From positions 2,592,001-2,656,000 of the forward strand of contig OZ243974.1 of the NCBI GenBank assembly GCA_965214775.1: a stretch of DNA of 64,000 nucleotides, read 5' to 3'. Below the pieces are notes generated by a model. That model ran no database searches. It was given only the letters and a program-made list of their open reading frames with translations, and was not told where the DNA came from. Positions 36,233 through 46,469 of this stretch are shown here, in pieces (the stretch's first letter is position 1; each line of letters starts with the position of its first letter). Position numbers and translations under genes: made by a program. The DNA comes from Nitrosopumilus sp. GTDB taxonomy: Archaea; Thermoproteota; Nitrososphaeria; Nitrososphaerales; Nitrosopumilaceae.

Positions 36233-36694
36233 ATGGAAAAAACAAACATCGGCGGCAGGGGGGACCAGAGAAAGGTAAATCCAAACTGGTTTACAGGCAG
36301 AACATGGATGAAAGTGCTGTCTGAGAGGATAGGATCAGAGGATCAAGACATTTACCACGTTCACTTTCAAAATGGCTCCAGAACGAAGCTTCATTTGCAT
36401 ACCGGAAACCAGCTGCTCATTGCAACAAAGGGTATCGGAAGTCTGGAGATCTTCAGAAGATTCGGCAGTAAAAAAACAGAATTCAAGATTAAAAGGACCA
36501 GGAAGATCACGCTCAAGGAAGGAGACATCGTCCACATCCCATCAAAAATACTGCATACACACGGTTCTGTTGACAGAAAGAAGGAATTTGCGCACATTGC
36601 AATCAACATTCTGCCAAGAAAAGGCGCAGAATACAAAACAGTCTGGTACGAGTCTGATTTCAAATCAAGGGTTTCAGAAATTATCCAAACATGA
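36233..36694 (+). CDS. Cupin-domain protein
   Basis: TKLHLHTGNQLL; GDIVHIPSKILHTHG. Confidence 0.88.
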   Translation: MEKTNIGGRGDQRKVNPNWFTGRTWMKVLSERIGSEDQDIYHVHFQNGSRTKLHLHTGNQLLIATKGIGSLEIFRRFGSKKTEFKIKRTRKITLKEGDIVHIPSKILHTHGSVDRKKEFAHIAINILPRKGAEYKTVWYESDFKSRVSEIIQT

Positions 36695-37095
36695 CAATTC
36701 TGAGAAATTCTGAAATTCAAACGATTCATGGAAATGAAGGAACATACATCAAGCAGTATTTTCATCCACACAACACACTGAATGGAATTTCATACAGCAT
36801 TGCCCATTTCTCGCTTGAGCCAAACAAGGAGACACTGCTGTACAAACTGACATCATCAGAGATCTATTACATTCTAGAAGGCAGAGTGGTCTTTATCATG
36901 GGCGCAGAAGAGTCTGAAATCAGGAAAGACGACTCGATTTATGTGACGCCCAACGCAGAGCAAAAAATCAGGAACACGGGTGCGGATCTTTTGAAGTTCC
37001 TGTGCATTGTAGAGCCTGCATGGACACATGACTGTGAAAAATCCTGGAATAGCCGCCTGCAACACATGCAACTGTTTTTAAAATATGAGGGATAG
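36691..37095 (+). CDS. Cupin-domain protein
   Basis: SEIYYILEG, IRNTG...LKFLCIVEP; usual metal-binding His positions appear substituted. Confidence 0.8.
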   Translation: MTILRNSEIQTIHGNEGTYIKQYFHPHNTLNGISYSIAHFSLEPNKETLLYKLTSSEIYYILEGRVVFIMGAEESEIRKDDSIYVTPNAEQKIRNTGADLLKFLCIVEPAWTHDCEKSWNSRLQHMQLFLKYEG

Positions 37096-37103
37096 AGAAG
37101 TTT

Positions 37104-37778
37104 ATGAACAGGTACCAGGCCCAGCGCGTCTTGAATACAGGCCCGGACTCGTCACAAAACGAGATCAAGGCAGCGTATAGAAGACTGGTACTGGAGGTTC
37201 ACCCCGATAAAAGCCAGGACAAGAACAAAGACGAAGAAGAATTCAAAAAGATTACCGAGGCCTACAACATCCTAAAAGACGACAAAGTCCGAAAGGGATC
37301 CCGGGATCATACGAGCCCAAAAGACAGGACTGGGGCCGATTTCAAGGGAAATCCACAGTGGGGGGCACCAAAAGACAAAAAGACTCCGGAACAGGACTGG
37401 GGAAAGTATACCAGAGAATTTGAGGAGGGAGACCCTGATTTTTGGAAAGAGTATGAAAGAAAGTTCTGGGAGGATTACAATGCCAAGATAAGGGCCGATG
37501 GCAAAAACGGGGAATTTGACAAAGCAAAGGAGCCCAAAAGGCAGCCGAACCTTTTCGTTGATGTCGACAAGAGTCTGTGCATCGGCTGCTGCAGCTGCGA
37601 GATTATTGCGCCAGAGGTTTTTCAGATAGACAAGGAGGGAAAATTCAATCCAAAATCAACGGTGATTGATCAAAAGGGGGCGGGGGTAAACAAGATAATG
37701 AATGCCGCAGAAACGTGTCCGACAAAGGCAATCATTGTCGAAGACACAGACTCCAAGGAAAGGCTGTACCCCTACTAG
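37104..37778 (+). CDS. DnaJ-ferredoxin fusion protein
   Basis: J domain with HPD; C-terminal CIGCCSC...CP. Confidence 0.92.
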   Translation: MNRYQAQRVLNTGPDSSQNEIKAAYRRLVLEVHPDKSQDKNKDEEEFKKITEAYNILKDDKVRKGSRDHTSPKDRTGADFKGNPQWGAPKDKKTPEQDWGKYTREFEEGDPDFWKEYERKFWEDYNAKIRADGKNGEFDKAKEPKRQPNLFVDVDKSLCIGCCSCEIIAPEVFQIDKEGKFNPKSTVIDQKGAGVNKIMNAAETCPTKAIIVEDTDSKERLYPY

Positions 37779-37783
37779 GTTGG

Positions 37784-38198
37784 TCATAGTTTTAATTTGT
37801 CATGCAGCTCTTCAGTCTCAGATTCTGTCAGTTCGATCTTCGAGTCAAACATGCTGTGAATCGGACCTGCCGCATCAGAGCTGCTTCTTGGAACCAGATG
37901 AACGTGAACATGTGGGATTTCCTGCCCGGCATCCTTTCCGTTATGCACTGCCAGCAGTGTGGAGCCGTATATGGCATCCACCCGGGAAATCATCTCATGC
38001 ACCAGTGAAAACAAGTCAGCGTTCTCTTCTTTGCTCATGTCCTGGATTTTTTCATAGTGGTTTTTTGGAACTGCCAAGACGTGTCCCTTTGATAAGGGAA
38101 ACGCGTCCATGAATGAAGCAGAGTGTTCGGTCTGAGCCAGAAACTTTGCGGGAATTTCTCCTGAAATAATTTTGCAAAAGACGCAATCCATGACCATG
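37784..38198 (-). CDS. HIT-family hydrolase
   Basis: CVFCKI; AGQEIPHVHVHLVPR; start approximate. Confidence 0.93.
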
Positions 38199-38312
38199 TA
38201 AGAAACCTGATCATAATAGACTTTCCTTCTAGACGAATTAGGTGAAATTTCCAACTGGTACACGCCTAGCGATATGGAGGACGCCGGTCGCCACGGTTTC
38301 GGGACGCGGAAT

Positions 38313-38375
38313 GGAACTGGTAAGTTAACGTGTGTTTCTTCTCTCTGGAAAGTGTCGGGTGCTGGTATTCTGGAT
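38313..38375. mobile_element. IS6-like end
   Basis: GGAACTGGTAAGTTA; related sequence at 57767-57870. Confidence 0.55.
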
Positions 38376-38443
38376 TAGTGTCTTCCACTTGCTGTCTCCC
38401 TGAACCCTGATAGAAAACATAAAAAATAAGAATGGTGGCATGG

Positions 38444-38845
38444 TTAGTTTTGTAGTTGTAGCCTAGCCTTCATAAATGACCAGTCATGGGCGTAATTATA
38501 TCCCTCATGAGTACCAATATTCATTCCTCCATAGTGCTGATTAGAAATCAATATGATCGGTGCCCCGCTATCTCGGTCTTGGGTGCTTAGGCCAGATATT
38601 CTATACAAGTCACTGTACCAGGCCCCATCGAAGCTTTTCCATTGATTTACTTGTTCCACTCTCCCGTAGTCCAGTTGTTGTGTTTGGGCTCCGTATGTAA
38701 AGACCAGTGAATTTGGTTGTATGTCCGATTTGCCAAGAGTGACATAGTCCTGCGAGCCGACAGTTATTCTGGACGTGTTGACGGATCTGGAATCTGCCTC
38801 CACAAATCTACAGTCGCAGAAGGGTCCCCCATATATGCTACTATC
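38444..38845 (-). pseudogene. C-terminal fragment of trypsin-like protease, truncated by MITE B
   Basis: CDCRFV, DRDSGAPII...GGMNIG resemble the end of 32596..35031. Confidence 0.6.
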
Positions 38846-38975
38846 GGGGTTGTCGCCTAATTCCACTTATTTGACTCAATCTGCGCGTTTTTCTGAATTT
38901 CCGCCCTTTTACACGCCTGATCCATATGGCAACTCAATGGTTTTCAGGAATTCCGACGAATTAGGAAACAACCAC
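38846..38975. mobile_element. MITE family B
   Basis: TIR GGGGTTGTCGCCTAATTC / GAATTAGGAAACAACC; no TSD. Confidence 0.85.
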
Positions 38976-39180
38976 GCCCGTACCATACGGAGGATGACTC
39001 CATGACTCACTTTGCATTCTCCGGAATCCCTGCAAATGTCTACCTTATCTCGTCATCATTGTTGCCGACTCTTGTGTTGCTCAGCACCTTGCCTTTCTTG
39101 TCCATCACCGCGACCTAGATGAACTCCTTGTGCACGTCCAGGCCGACATGCTGCTGCACCGCCTTTGATTTCACACGTAT
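38976..39180 (-). pseudogene. IS110 transposase N-terminal remnant
   Basis: HVGLDVHKEFI*VAVMDKKGKVL...VMESSSVW with internal stops. Confidence 0.75.
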
Positions 39181-39272
39181 CCTCTTTTTTGGAGTAATCT
39201 GTCTGTTTGCACTGCCCTTTATTTTGGCACCATCTGAATTTTGTTTTTGAGACACATATGATTACATTTGAC

Positions 39273-40181
39273 TTAGCTGTTCCCGTAAAACCCCCCCAGC
39301 ACTGCTGCGCCCAGCATACCAGACGAGTCTCCTAGTCTGTTTTGCAGTATGGGCGTAGTATTCCTGTCCCCGTAAAGCGAATGACGGCGAACACTTTCCA
39401 CCCCCTCGTCGTACAGGAACCGTATGTTGGATACCCCTCCACCGACGACTATGACATCAGGATCCAGTATCGAGATGACGCCTGCCAGTGCCGTCCCAAA
39501 ATCGTCTAGGAACTCCTCCTTCCATCTCAGGCCGTTCTCCGATTCAAGAAGGGACGGCGATGCGACGATCGCTGGGACCGTTTCGGTGCCACCTGTGATC
39601 TCCGTCCATCTGCGTTCAAGCGCAGGGCCCGATATGTACATTATGGCGCATCCCTTTCTTCCGCAGCTGCAGTCGACGCCGTTGTGGTATAATGTTGCAT
39701 GTCCCCACTCCCCTGCCAGACCCATGCGCCCGTCCTGTATCGCCCCATCTATTACTATGCCGCCTCCTACCCCCGTTCCCATTATGATGCCAAACACGGT
39801 ACGATACTGCCGCCCTGCACCCATGGTGGCCTCGGCCAACGTGAAGCAGTTTGCGTCATTTTCGACAAAAACCCTCCGTGACAGTGACTCCTCCAAGCCC
39901 TTTCTTATGTATGCGGCGTATTCAGACGAGGGAGAACCTGGCATGCCGATGCCGACGGTGGCATCACCCCCCCCCCCTCTCCGTGCCGTTTCGGCGGATT
40001 CGACGTCACCTACAAGTCTGGTGATCGTCTCCACGGTGTCATTCAAGTCGTTTTGTGGGGCAGCAACGCGTTTTCTTGACACCATGTTGTACGAGCCGTC
40101 CAGACGCACCGCCTCGATCTTGGTGCCCCCGACGTCTACGCCTATTCTCCATTGTGCATCCGTCGCTTCCTGAAGCCCCAT
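39273..40181 (-). CDS. ROK-family sugar kinase
   Basis: GVDVGGTK, ENDANCFTLAE, GTGVGGG, AGEWGH, CSCGRKGC, GGGVS. Confidence 0.92.
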   Translation of the reverse strand: MGLQEATDAQWRIGVDVGGTKIEAVRLDGSYNMVSRKRVAAPQNDLNDTVETITRLVGDVESAETARRGGGGDATVGIGMPGSPSSEYAAYIRKGLEESLSRRVFVENDANCFTLAEATMGAGRQYRTVFGIIMGTGVGGGIVIDGAIQDGRMGLAGEWGHATLYHNGVDCSCGRKGCAIMYISGPALERRWTEITGGTETVPAIVASPSLLESENGLRWKEEFLDDFGTALAGVISILDPDVIVVGGGVSNIRFLYDEGVESVRRHSLYGDRNTTPILQNRLGDSSGMLGAAVLGGFYGNS

Positions 40182-40333
40182 AAGAATACCGTATGACGGT
40201 CGTATATATAGTGACGATTGAAAGTCTCTGAGTATGTGGTCGTAGTAACTATGCGTAGTAACCAATCATAAAAAGGACAAGAAAATTTTCACCAATAGAA
40301 CTATACTGACGATCATTGAAAATTTCGCCTTCC

Positions 40334-41320
40334 TTACACGCGGCGCTCAAGATATTTGTAGATGTCAACCTTGATGGAACACGTCCTAAAGTATTCTGAG
40401 ACGGCTCTTTTGAGGTGATCTGCCGTATCGTAAAAGACAGATGTGACCAGCCTGTACTTGGCGTCCTTCCAGATTGGCTCTATGCCACTCAGCTCCGGCC
40501 TAGCTACCGGCAGGTACAGCAGGACAACGTCGGGATTTTTCTTCAGGTACCTGCGGACCCTTCCGGTCTTGTGCTGTGCTGCGTTATCCATCACAATCAG
40601 AACCTTTCCCCACTTTTTGTGCGCCTGCTTGAGATAACGCACAAAGTTTATGCTGTTGAACTTGTCGTATGTGCGCATCAGCCTGGTTCCGTCGTCTGCA
40701 ATCGTTCCGTATACCACGACACGTTCCCTCCTGCCGGATCGTTGCACCTCGATCCTGTCCCCCACTGGCGACCAGAACTTTCTGCCGTCCCTTCCCGTAC
40801 TGACGAATATCGACTCGTCCTGTACGGTTATCCTAAATCCGCGCCTTTTTGCAAGCGCAATCGTGTCTTTTGCCTCCCTTTGCCACCGTCTTACCTCCTT
40901 TGCGTCGGCAGCATTTGCCAGCTTGGTAGTTGTCGTCTTTAGCGAGAATCCCATCGTGTGCAGGATTCTTCTGATGCTTCCCACGCTGTATGTGACATGC
41001 AGCCTGCGGCGCACCCAGTTGCACAGCTTCTTCGGGGTGAGCTTTTCCATCCTGCGCAACTTTGTGGCGATCTTTTTTATCCTGCCGACTGGGACCTTTG
41101 GCTTTTTGCCCCTGTCAGGGGAGTCACGAAGGCCGTCAACGCCGTCAAGCTCGAATCTATTGATCCACATCTGTACTGTACGCTGTGTCACGTTGGCAAT
41201 CTCTGCGGTCTGTGCGGTGGTGTTGCCAAGCAGTACGGAGCGCACCGCTAGGATTCTGGTATAAACTCTGTTATCCTTTTCGACACATATGGCATCCGTG
41301 AGGATTTTCGTCTTGTCCAT
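40334..41320 (-). CDS. IS630-family transposase
   Basis: QDESIF, MDNAAQH, LPVARPELSGIE. Confidence 0.92.
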   Translation of the reverse strand: MDKTKILTDAICVEKDNRVYTRILAVRSVLLGNTTAQTAEIANVTQRTVQMWINRFELDGVDGLRDSPDRGKKPKVPVGRIKKIATKLRRMEKLTPKKLCNWVRRRLHVTYSVGSIRRILHTMGFSLKTTTTKLANAADAKEVRRWQREAKDTIALAKRRGFRITVQDESIFVSTGRDGRKFWSPVGDRIEVQRSGRRERVVVYGTIADDGTRLMRTYDKFNSINFVRYLKQAHKKWGKVLIVMDNAAQHKTGRVRRYLKKNPDVVLLYLPVARPELSGIEPIWKDAKYRLVTSVFYDTADHLKRAVSEYFRTCSIKVDIYKYLERRV

Positions 41321-42062
41321 GTCAGGAGGGCCATGGATGGAGATCTCCCATATGAAATCGTACCTAATCCTACCGTGGACCCTTGCCAGCTCGATGTTCC
41401 GAATCAGGACAATGTTGCTATGCGATGCATCCTCTTATACTTTCTCTGCGTGAGAGTCTTGTTCTGAGTGCGGTACTCTTCTCCGGTGGTCAGCATGTGC
41501 CAGATTATCTCCAGCATATGCCTTGCAACTGCAATCTTTGCCTTCTGCCATCCTCGTCTCTTTCTTATCCTTTCATGTATCGCACCAAGCCTTGGGTCGT
41601 TTCGTGCTGCGACTGTGGCCGAGTTGACAATAGCCTGGCACAGCCACACGGATCCCTGCTTTGTTATGCCGCCTCCTTTGTGTCTGTCTGCGCTGTCCCT
41701 GCGCGAGGGAGTCAGCCCTGCATACGAGACGAGCTTCTCCGGAGTGGCAAACCTCCTGATATCTGCTATCTCAGAGATTATCGTCAGTGCAGAGACATGG
41801 CTTATTCCAGGCATGGTCATAATCGTCTTGGCCCTCGGATCGCTTTCGGATACGGAGGCAATGCTGCGCTCCAGATCCTTTATCTGATCCTGTATCCTCT
41901 TGATGTCATCAAGGTACATCTTCACCGTTGCCGCGTCAATCTCTGACATCTTTATCCCGTCTTGGATGTACTGTATGGCAGAAATCGTAAACGTCTTGTG
42001 CGTGGGCAGATCATAGTCATATTTTGCAAGTATTGCGTGTATCTTGTTCTTGCACCTGGTGG

Positions 42063-42173
42063 GTAACAGGTCGGGCTCTGGAAGCTGTTCCTGATTTCAG
42101 GCACAGATTCCATTTGATCGGCATTCATTAGTGGCAAAATTCATGCCTGAACTTCCAGAACCCGACCTGTTAC
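42063..42173. mobile_element. MITE family A (111 bp)
   Basis: TIR; 8-bp TSD CCTGGTGG. Confidence 0.93.
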
Positions 42174-42636
42174 CCTGGTGGCTTCTGCTGTCTTGCCGGT
42201 TCTGGTCCTGCCCAGCATTCTGAGGTCCCTATAGTGCTTGTCAGGCACAAACGACTCTGGCAGCATGTCTGCTCTGAGCAGGTCGGCAAGTATATTTGCA
42301 TCCACGCGGTCGTCCTTTATCTTGGCGTGCGCTATCACCTTGACCTTTGCCGGATGCACCAGCACGGTGTCTATCCCGCAGTCCTCAAGCGTGTCATGTA
42401 CGATAATCCAGTAGTTGGCAGTGGATTCGCATACTGCCCTGATTGGCAGCTGTCCCGGATATGCCTTTTTGAGGTTTGTTGCAAAATTCGTTGTTGCCAA
42501 AACGCTGTTCTCAAACTTGGATCGCTCAAGCAGCTTGCCCGAGTCGTCCTTTACTGCTGCAACGCATGTCTTTTTGTGTACATCTATTCCTGCGTTGATC
42601 ATGTTATCACCTCCTTTTTGATCAAAATGCCTGATC

Positions 42637-42757
42637 CAGGCGGAATCTCCCATTCACCGTCTTCTGCGCGGTATATTGCTTTCCGCCTGCTGTTGCGAGT
42701 CAGTCTACTGAACACCCTTGTACATGGTAAGTTCCAATCGACTCTCAGGCCCAACAG
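42637..42757 (-). ncRNA. Candidate IS110 bridge/seek RNA
   Basis: Two adjacent stem-loops with internal loops upstream of the recombinase; loop sequences match the element ends. Confidence 0.6.
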
Positions 42758-42864
42758 TAATAGTATATCACAGGATACGGATAAGATTTCATATAGCGTC
42801 TACTGGGAAAACCCTGCGGAATTTTTAATCACGGTCGATTACACATAAAGTCTAATAAATAATG

Positions 42865-43152
42865 TCATGGCTCAGATATGATAGCCCATGCCAGATCACG
42901 TCCAAACTTGATTGTCACTATGTCGCCAACATCCTTTGTGCAATCTTTAATGGTTTTAGGAACGTCGTCTCTAGTCTCAACATAGCATATCCCGTCTTGA
43001 TTTGCCAAGATTACGGTTTCCTCGAAGACATCCTCGCGGATAAGATTCCAAAACGGAAAGACGGCAGTTGAAATCACGATTCCTGCTGCAAGCAGCAGTC
43101 CGCCAAATATCAGGCCCCCTTTTTGGCCGGATGTCAATTCCATGCCTACCAT
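42865..43152 (-). CDS. Small membrane-anchored hypothetical protein
   Basis: N-terminal hydrophobic helix followed by a soluble domain. Confidence 0.75.
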   Translation of the reverse strand: MVGMELTSGQKGGLIFGGLLLAAGIVISTAVFPFWNLIREDVFEETVILANQDGICYVETRDDVPKTIKDCTKDVGDIVTIKFGRDLAWAIISEP

Positions 43153-43327
43153 GTCCCCCCGTCGCCGGCATTAGGATCAAGCTTCTTTGCAGGAACGTTG
43201 CCGTGGGCTTTTTTCATATGGCGTTTCAGTCTCTCAGGATCATGCAGTTCGGTCCCACACGTGTCGCATCTGGTCTGATTTTCTTTGTCTTTGCGTTTGA
43301 ACAGGCCCATATCTTGCTAAAAATTCG

Positions 43328-43430
43328 TGCATTATATGAAAATTATGTCGCAGTAATAGCAACAGTAGCAGCATTGCAGGCTGTGGCAATGTCCTCTTCC
43401 ATCCATCATGGGTCACTTTTTTGGATCACC
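43328..43430 (-). mobile_element. IS481 right-end remnant
   Basis: ATTATATGAAAATTATGTCGCA matches the 14141 TIR; WMEED C-terminus. Confidence 0.65.
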
Positions 43431-43566
43431 TCTTTGCCCTCTGCGGGAGCTCTCCTGTCTGTACTTTTCCCTGCAGAGGCGGCAATAGCCCGCGTTCTTT
43501 CTGCTGTTGCCCATTATGATATTCAGGATCGACTGATCAGAATCGTTTTGGGTGACATGCGCCCAT

Positions 43567-43678
43567 GATCTCCCATATGAAATCGTACCCAATCCTACCG
43601 TGGATCCTTGCCAGCTCGATGTTCCGAATCAGGACGATGTTGCTATGCGATGCATCCTCTTATACTTTCTCTGCGTGA
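43567..43678 (-). mobile_element. IS110 right-end remnant
   Basis: Near-identical to 41342-41453. Confidence 0.85.
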
Positions 43679-43679
43679 T

Positions 43680-44922
43680 AGTTTGTTGCATAACCCTTCC
43701 TAAAATTTGAAATCTGACTGAAAATCACCAAAATGATCAACTAATCCTTACCGAAAAAGTAATGGATCATGAGGATGCAACATACGGTACAAGTTGATAC
43801 ATACGGACAATGCAAAGTACGTAAAGAAGTGGGGCAGGCCCGATCGTCAAGTACGACCAAGGTTGAGAGAAGGATTTCAAGGTTGCCAACCGCCACAAGG
43901 AGGGTTCCCCGTTCCTGTATGCAGACGGCTTGATAATGGCTGGCGTTGTCCTCAGGATCGCATTCATGATTCCATACAGGCAGCTGTCAAGCATGCTCGG
44001 GGAGATGCCACGGGGCACGGATTCGCCGTGCCACACCACGATATACGGAAGGATGTAGAAGCTTGACGTCGACATTGCAGAGAACATAATTACGGTGCGC
44101 GACAAGTCCGGCGACATGGTCATGATAGATGACGCCACGGGCCTCAAGCAGCACGACTGGGGCGAGTGAATACGCAAGAAATGGAAGGCAAGGCGCGGAT
44201 TCGTCAAGATGCACCTGATGGTCGACGCAGACACCAAGCAGGTGCTGGCAGTATCTGTCACAGATGAGACAGTCGGCGACAACACTGAGCTGCCTGCACT
44301 GCCTGGGGAGGCGGCCGGGAACATCAGAGAAGAGGAAGAGGAGGGCTGCTCCGATAGTGCAGATGCAGTCAAGATCCCCAACATGTTTGCAGCCGGGATC
44401 TCGCCGCTTATCCTGCTCGGCACCGGCGAGGACCAGAGTACGCCTGGCAAGATCCCACTTGCAGGCGGCGGATACTGTTCAAGGAAGAACGTAGCCGAGT
44501 GCCACAAGCGCGGTACAAGGCCATTCATACGGCTTTTGACAAGCTGCACTGCAAGGGACATGGGCGCCGGCGACAAGTAGGGCATGCTTGTCAAAAGCCA
44601 TCTCGGGGGAGGCCCAGAGGAGGCTGTGGGCGATCTATCAAAGGAGGAGAGGCAGGAGAACCTGCGGTACTGGAAGAGCACGGCTGGCTATGGTGCAAGG
44701 TGGATAGTCGAGATCGTGGTATCTGCCATAAAGCGGATGTTCGGCGAGGACGTAAAGGCCCTCAAGTGGTCCAATATAGTGCAGGAGACAAAGTTGAGGA
44801 TATGGCTGTACAACAAGTGGATCACAGAGGAGGAGGAGGAGGAGGCAGCTGCCATGTAGGAACCTAGCGCCGGTGGGGATCCTGGAGGATTGACAGCTCT
44901 AGTCGGAGTTATGCAACAAACT
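43680..44922 (+). mobile_element. IS5-family (IS903-like) element, transposase pseudogene
   Basis: 15-bp TIR AGTTTGTTGCATAAC; IDDATGLK, KMHLMVDADTKQV, GYGARWIVE split by stops and frameshifts. Confidence 0.82.
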
Positions 44923-44967
44923 GCCCTTCACGATGACATTATATGGGATGTCAGGAATTTTGAAAAC

Positions 44968-46107
44968 ATGTCTATCCGGAACATCACTGTTTTGGGCTCG
45001 GGGGTAATGGGCCATGGGATTGCCCAGGTCTCTGCAACTGCAGGCTACAACGTGATCCTTCGGGACGTCGAGCAAGGATTTCTGGATAAGGCAATGGAAA
45101 AGATCAGATGGAGTTTGGACAAACTGGCCGCAAAAGAAAAAATTTCCAAGGAAGAAGGAGATGCGATTTTTGGAAGAATCACGCCGGTAGTAGATCTAAA
45201 CGAGGCAGTAAGAGATGCAGAGTTGGTTATCGAGGCAGTTCCAGAAATCATGGATTTGAAGAAAAAAGTTTATGCAGAATTGGACAAGGCAGCAGATTCC
45301 AAAGCAGTCTTTGCGTCAAACACAAGCACGCTGCCAATTACAGAAATTGCAAACACAACATCGCGCCCCGAAAGATTTATCGGGATTCATTTCTTTAATC
45401 CGCCGCAATTAATGAAGCTAGTAGAAGTAATCCCCGGAGAAAAGACAGATCCCCAAATCACAGAACTGACCCAAGAGTACGTCAGATCAGTTGACAAGCA
45501 GGCCGTGGTCTGCAGGAAAGATGTTCCAGGATTCATCATAAACAGACTCTTCATACCGATGGTTCACGAAGCATGCTTTGTCAAGGAGAGGACGGGGGCA
45601 ACGCTGGAAGAGATAGATTCGGCCGTAAAGTTCAAACTGGGATTTCCAATGGGGATTTTTGAACTGGCTGACTTTACCGGAATGGATGTGATTCACAAGG
45701 CGACAGTAGAAATGCACCTCAGAGACAAAAAAGCAGTCAACCCGCATCCGCTTGTTGAAAAGATGTTTGACGAAAAGAAACTGGGGCAAAAGTCAGGCGA
45801 GGGGTACTACAGATACTCAGACGACAAATACGAGAGAGTGGCACTGTCTGAAGGACTGGCAGAAGGATGCAATCCGGCCCAGCTGGTTGCAAGCATCGCT
45901 AACAACGCTGCATGGCTCGTAAGCAATGGCGCCAGCGATATTGACGAGATAGAAAAGGCTGCACGGCTGGGATTGGGACTGAAAAAACCGCTGTTTCAGA
46001 CGGCAAAAGAGATTGGGATTAGAAATATCATAGACGAGCTAAACAGACTTGCCGCAGAACACGGCGAATTTTACAAACCAGATCCCCTGCTAGAATCATT
46101 GCAGTAG
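44968..46107 (+). CDS. 3-hydroxyacyl-CoA (3-hydroxybutyryl-CoA) dehydrogenase
   Basis: GSGVMGHGIAQ, IEAVPE, ASNTS, HFFNPP, PGFIINR, PMGIFELAD. Confidence 0.94.
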   Translation: MSIRNITVLGSGVMGHGIAQVSATAGYNVILRDVEQGFLDKAMEKIRWSLDKLAAKEKISKEEGDAIFGRITPVVDLNEAVRDAELVIEAVPEIMDLKKKVYAELDKAADSKAVFASNTSTLPITEIANTTSRPERFIGIHFFNPPQLMKLVEVIPGEKTDPQITELTQEYVRSVDKQAVVCRKDVPGFIINRLFIPMVHEACFVKERTGATLEEIDSAVKFKLGFPMGIFELADFTGMDVIHKATVEMHLRDKKAVNPHPLVEKMFDEKKLGQKSGEGYYRYSDDKYERVALSEGLAEGCNPAQLVASIANNAAWLVSNGASDIDEIEKAARLGLGLKKPLFQTAKEIGIRNIIDELNRLAAEHGEFYKPDPLLESLQ

Positions 46108-46469
46108 ATATCCATTCACAGTCAACCTGCTTGATTCGTACATTGCCCTTCTTTGTATTAAGATAGCACCCAGCAAAAACAGTCAATTCTTCTCCAATTC
46201 CAAATTGCAGAGAACTTTTTTCTTCCACCACATGCAGGATTTTTTGTTCGAATCTGCCGTCTTGAAGAATTTGAATGTAGTCAATGCATAAAAAAATGGA
46301 TAATCTTGACAACTATTTTTGATCCAAACATTAAGATCAGGCAAGGAATACGCATATGCATGGGCAGACAGAGAAAGGAATTCGTAGCATCAGGAAGCAA
46401 ATTCCTGCCAAATACGTCACGCTCCTACCTGCACAAGGCATACAAAAAGGAGACAGACAAGAAAAAAAG

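Larger units (their letters stand above)
41342..42802 (-). mobile_element. IS110/IS1111-family element; recombinase (42602 to 41404) interrupted by MITE A
   Basis: GIDVHK, CEST, KDDRVDA, YAGLTP, GGITKQG; subterminal IR ATATGAAATC/GATTTCATAT; ends delimited by copies at 14104 and 43567. Confidence 0.9.
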
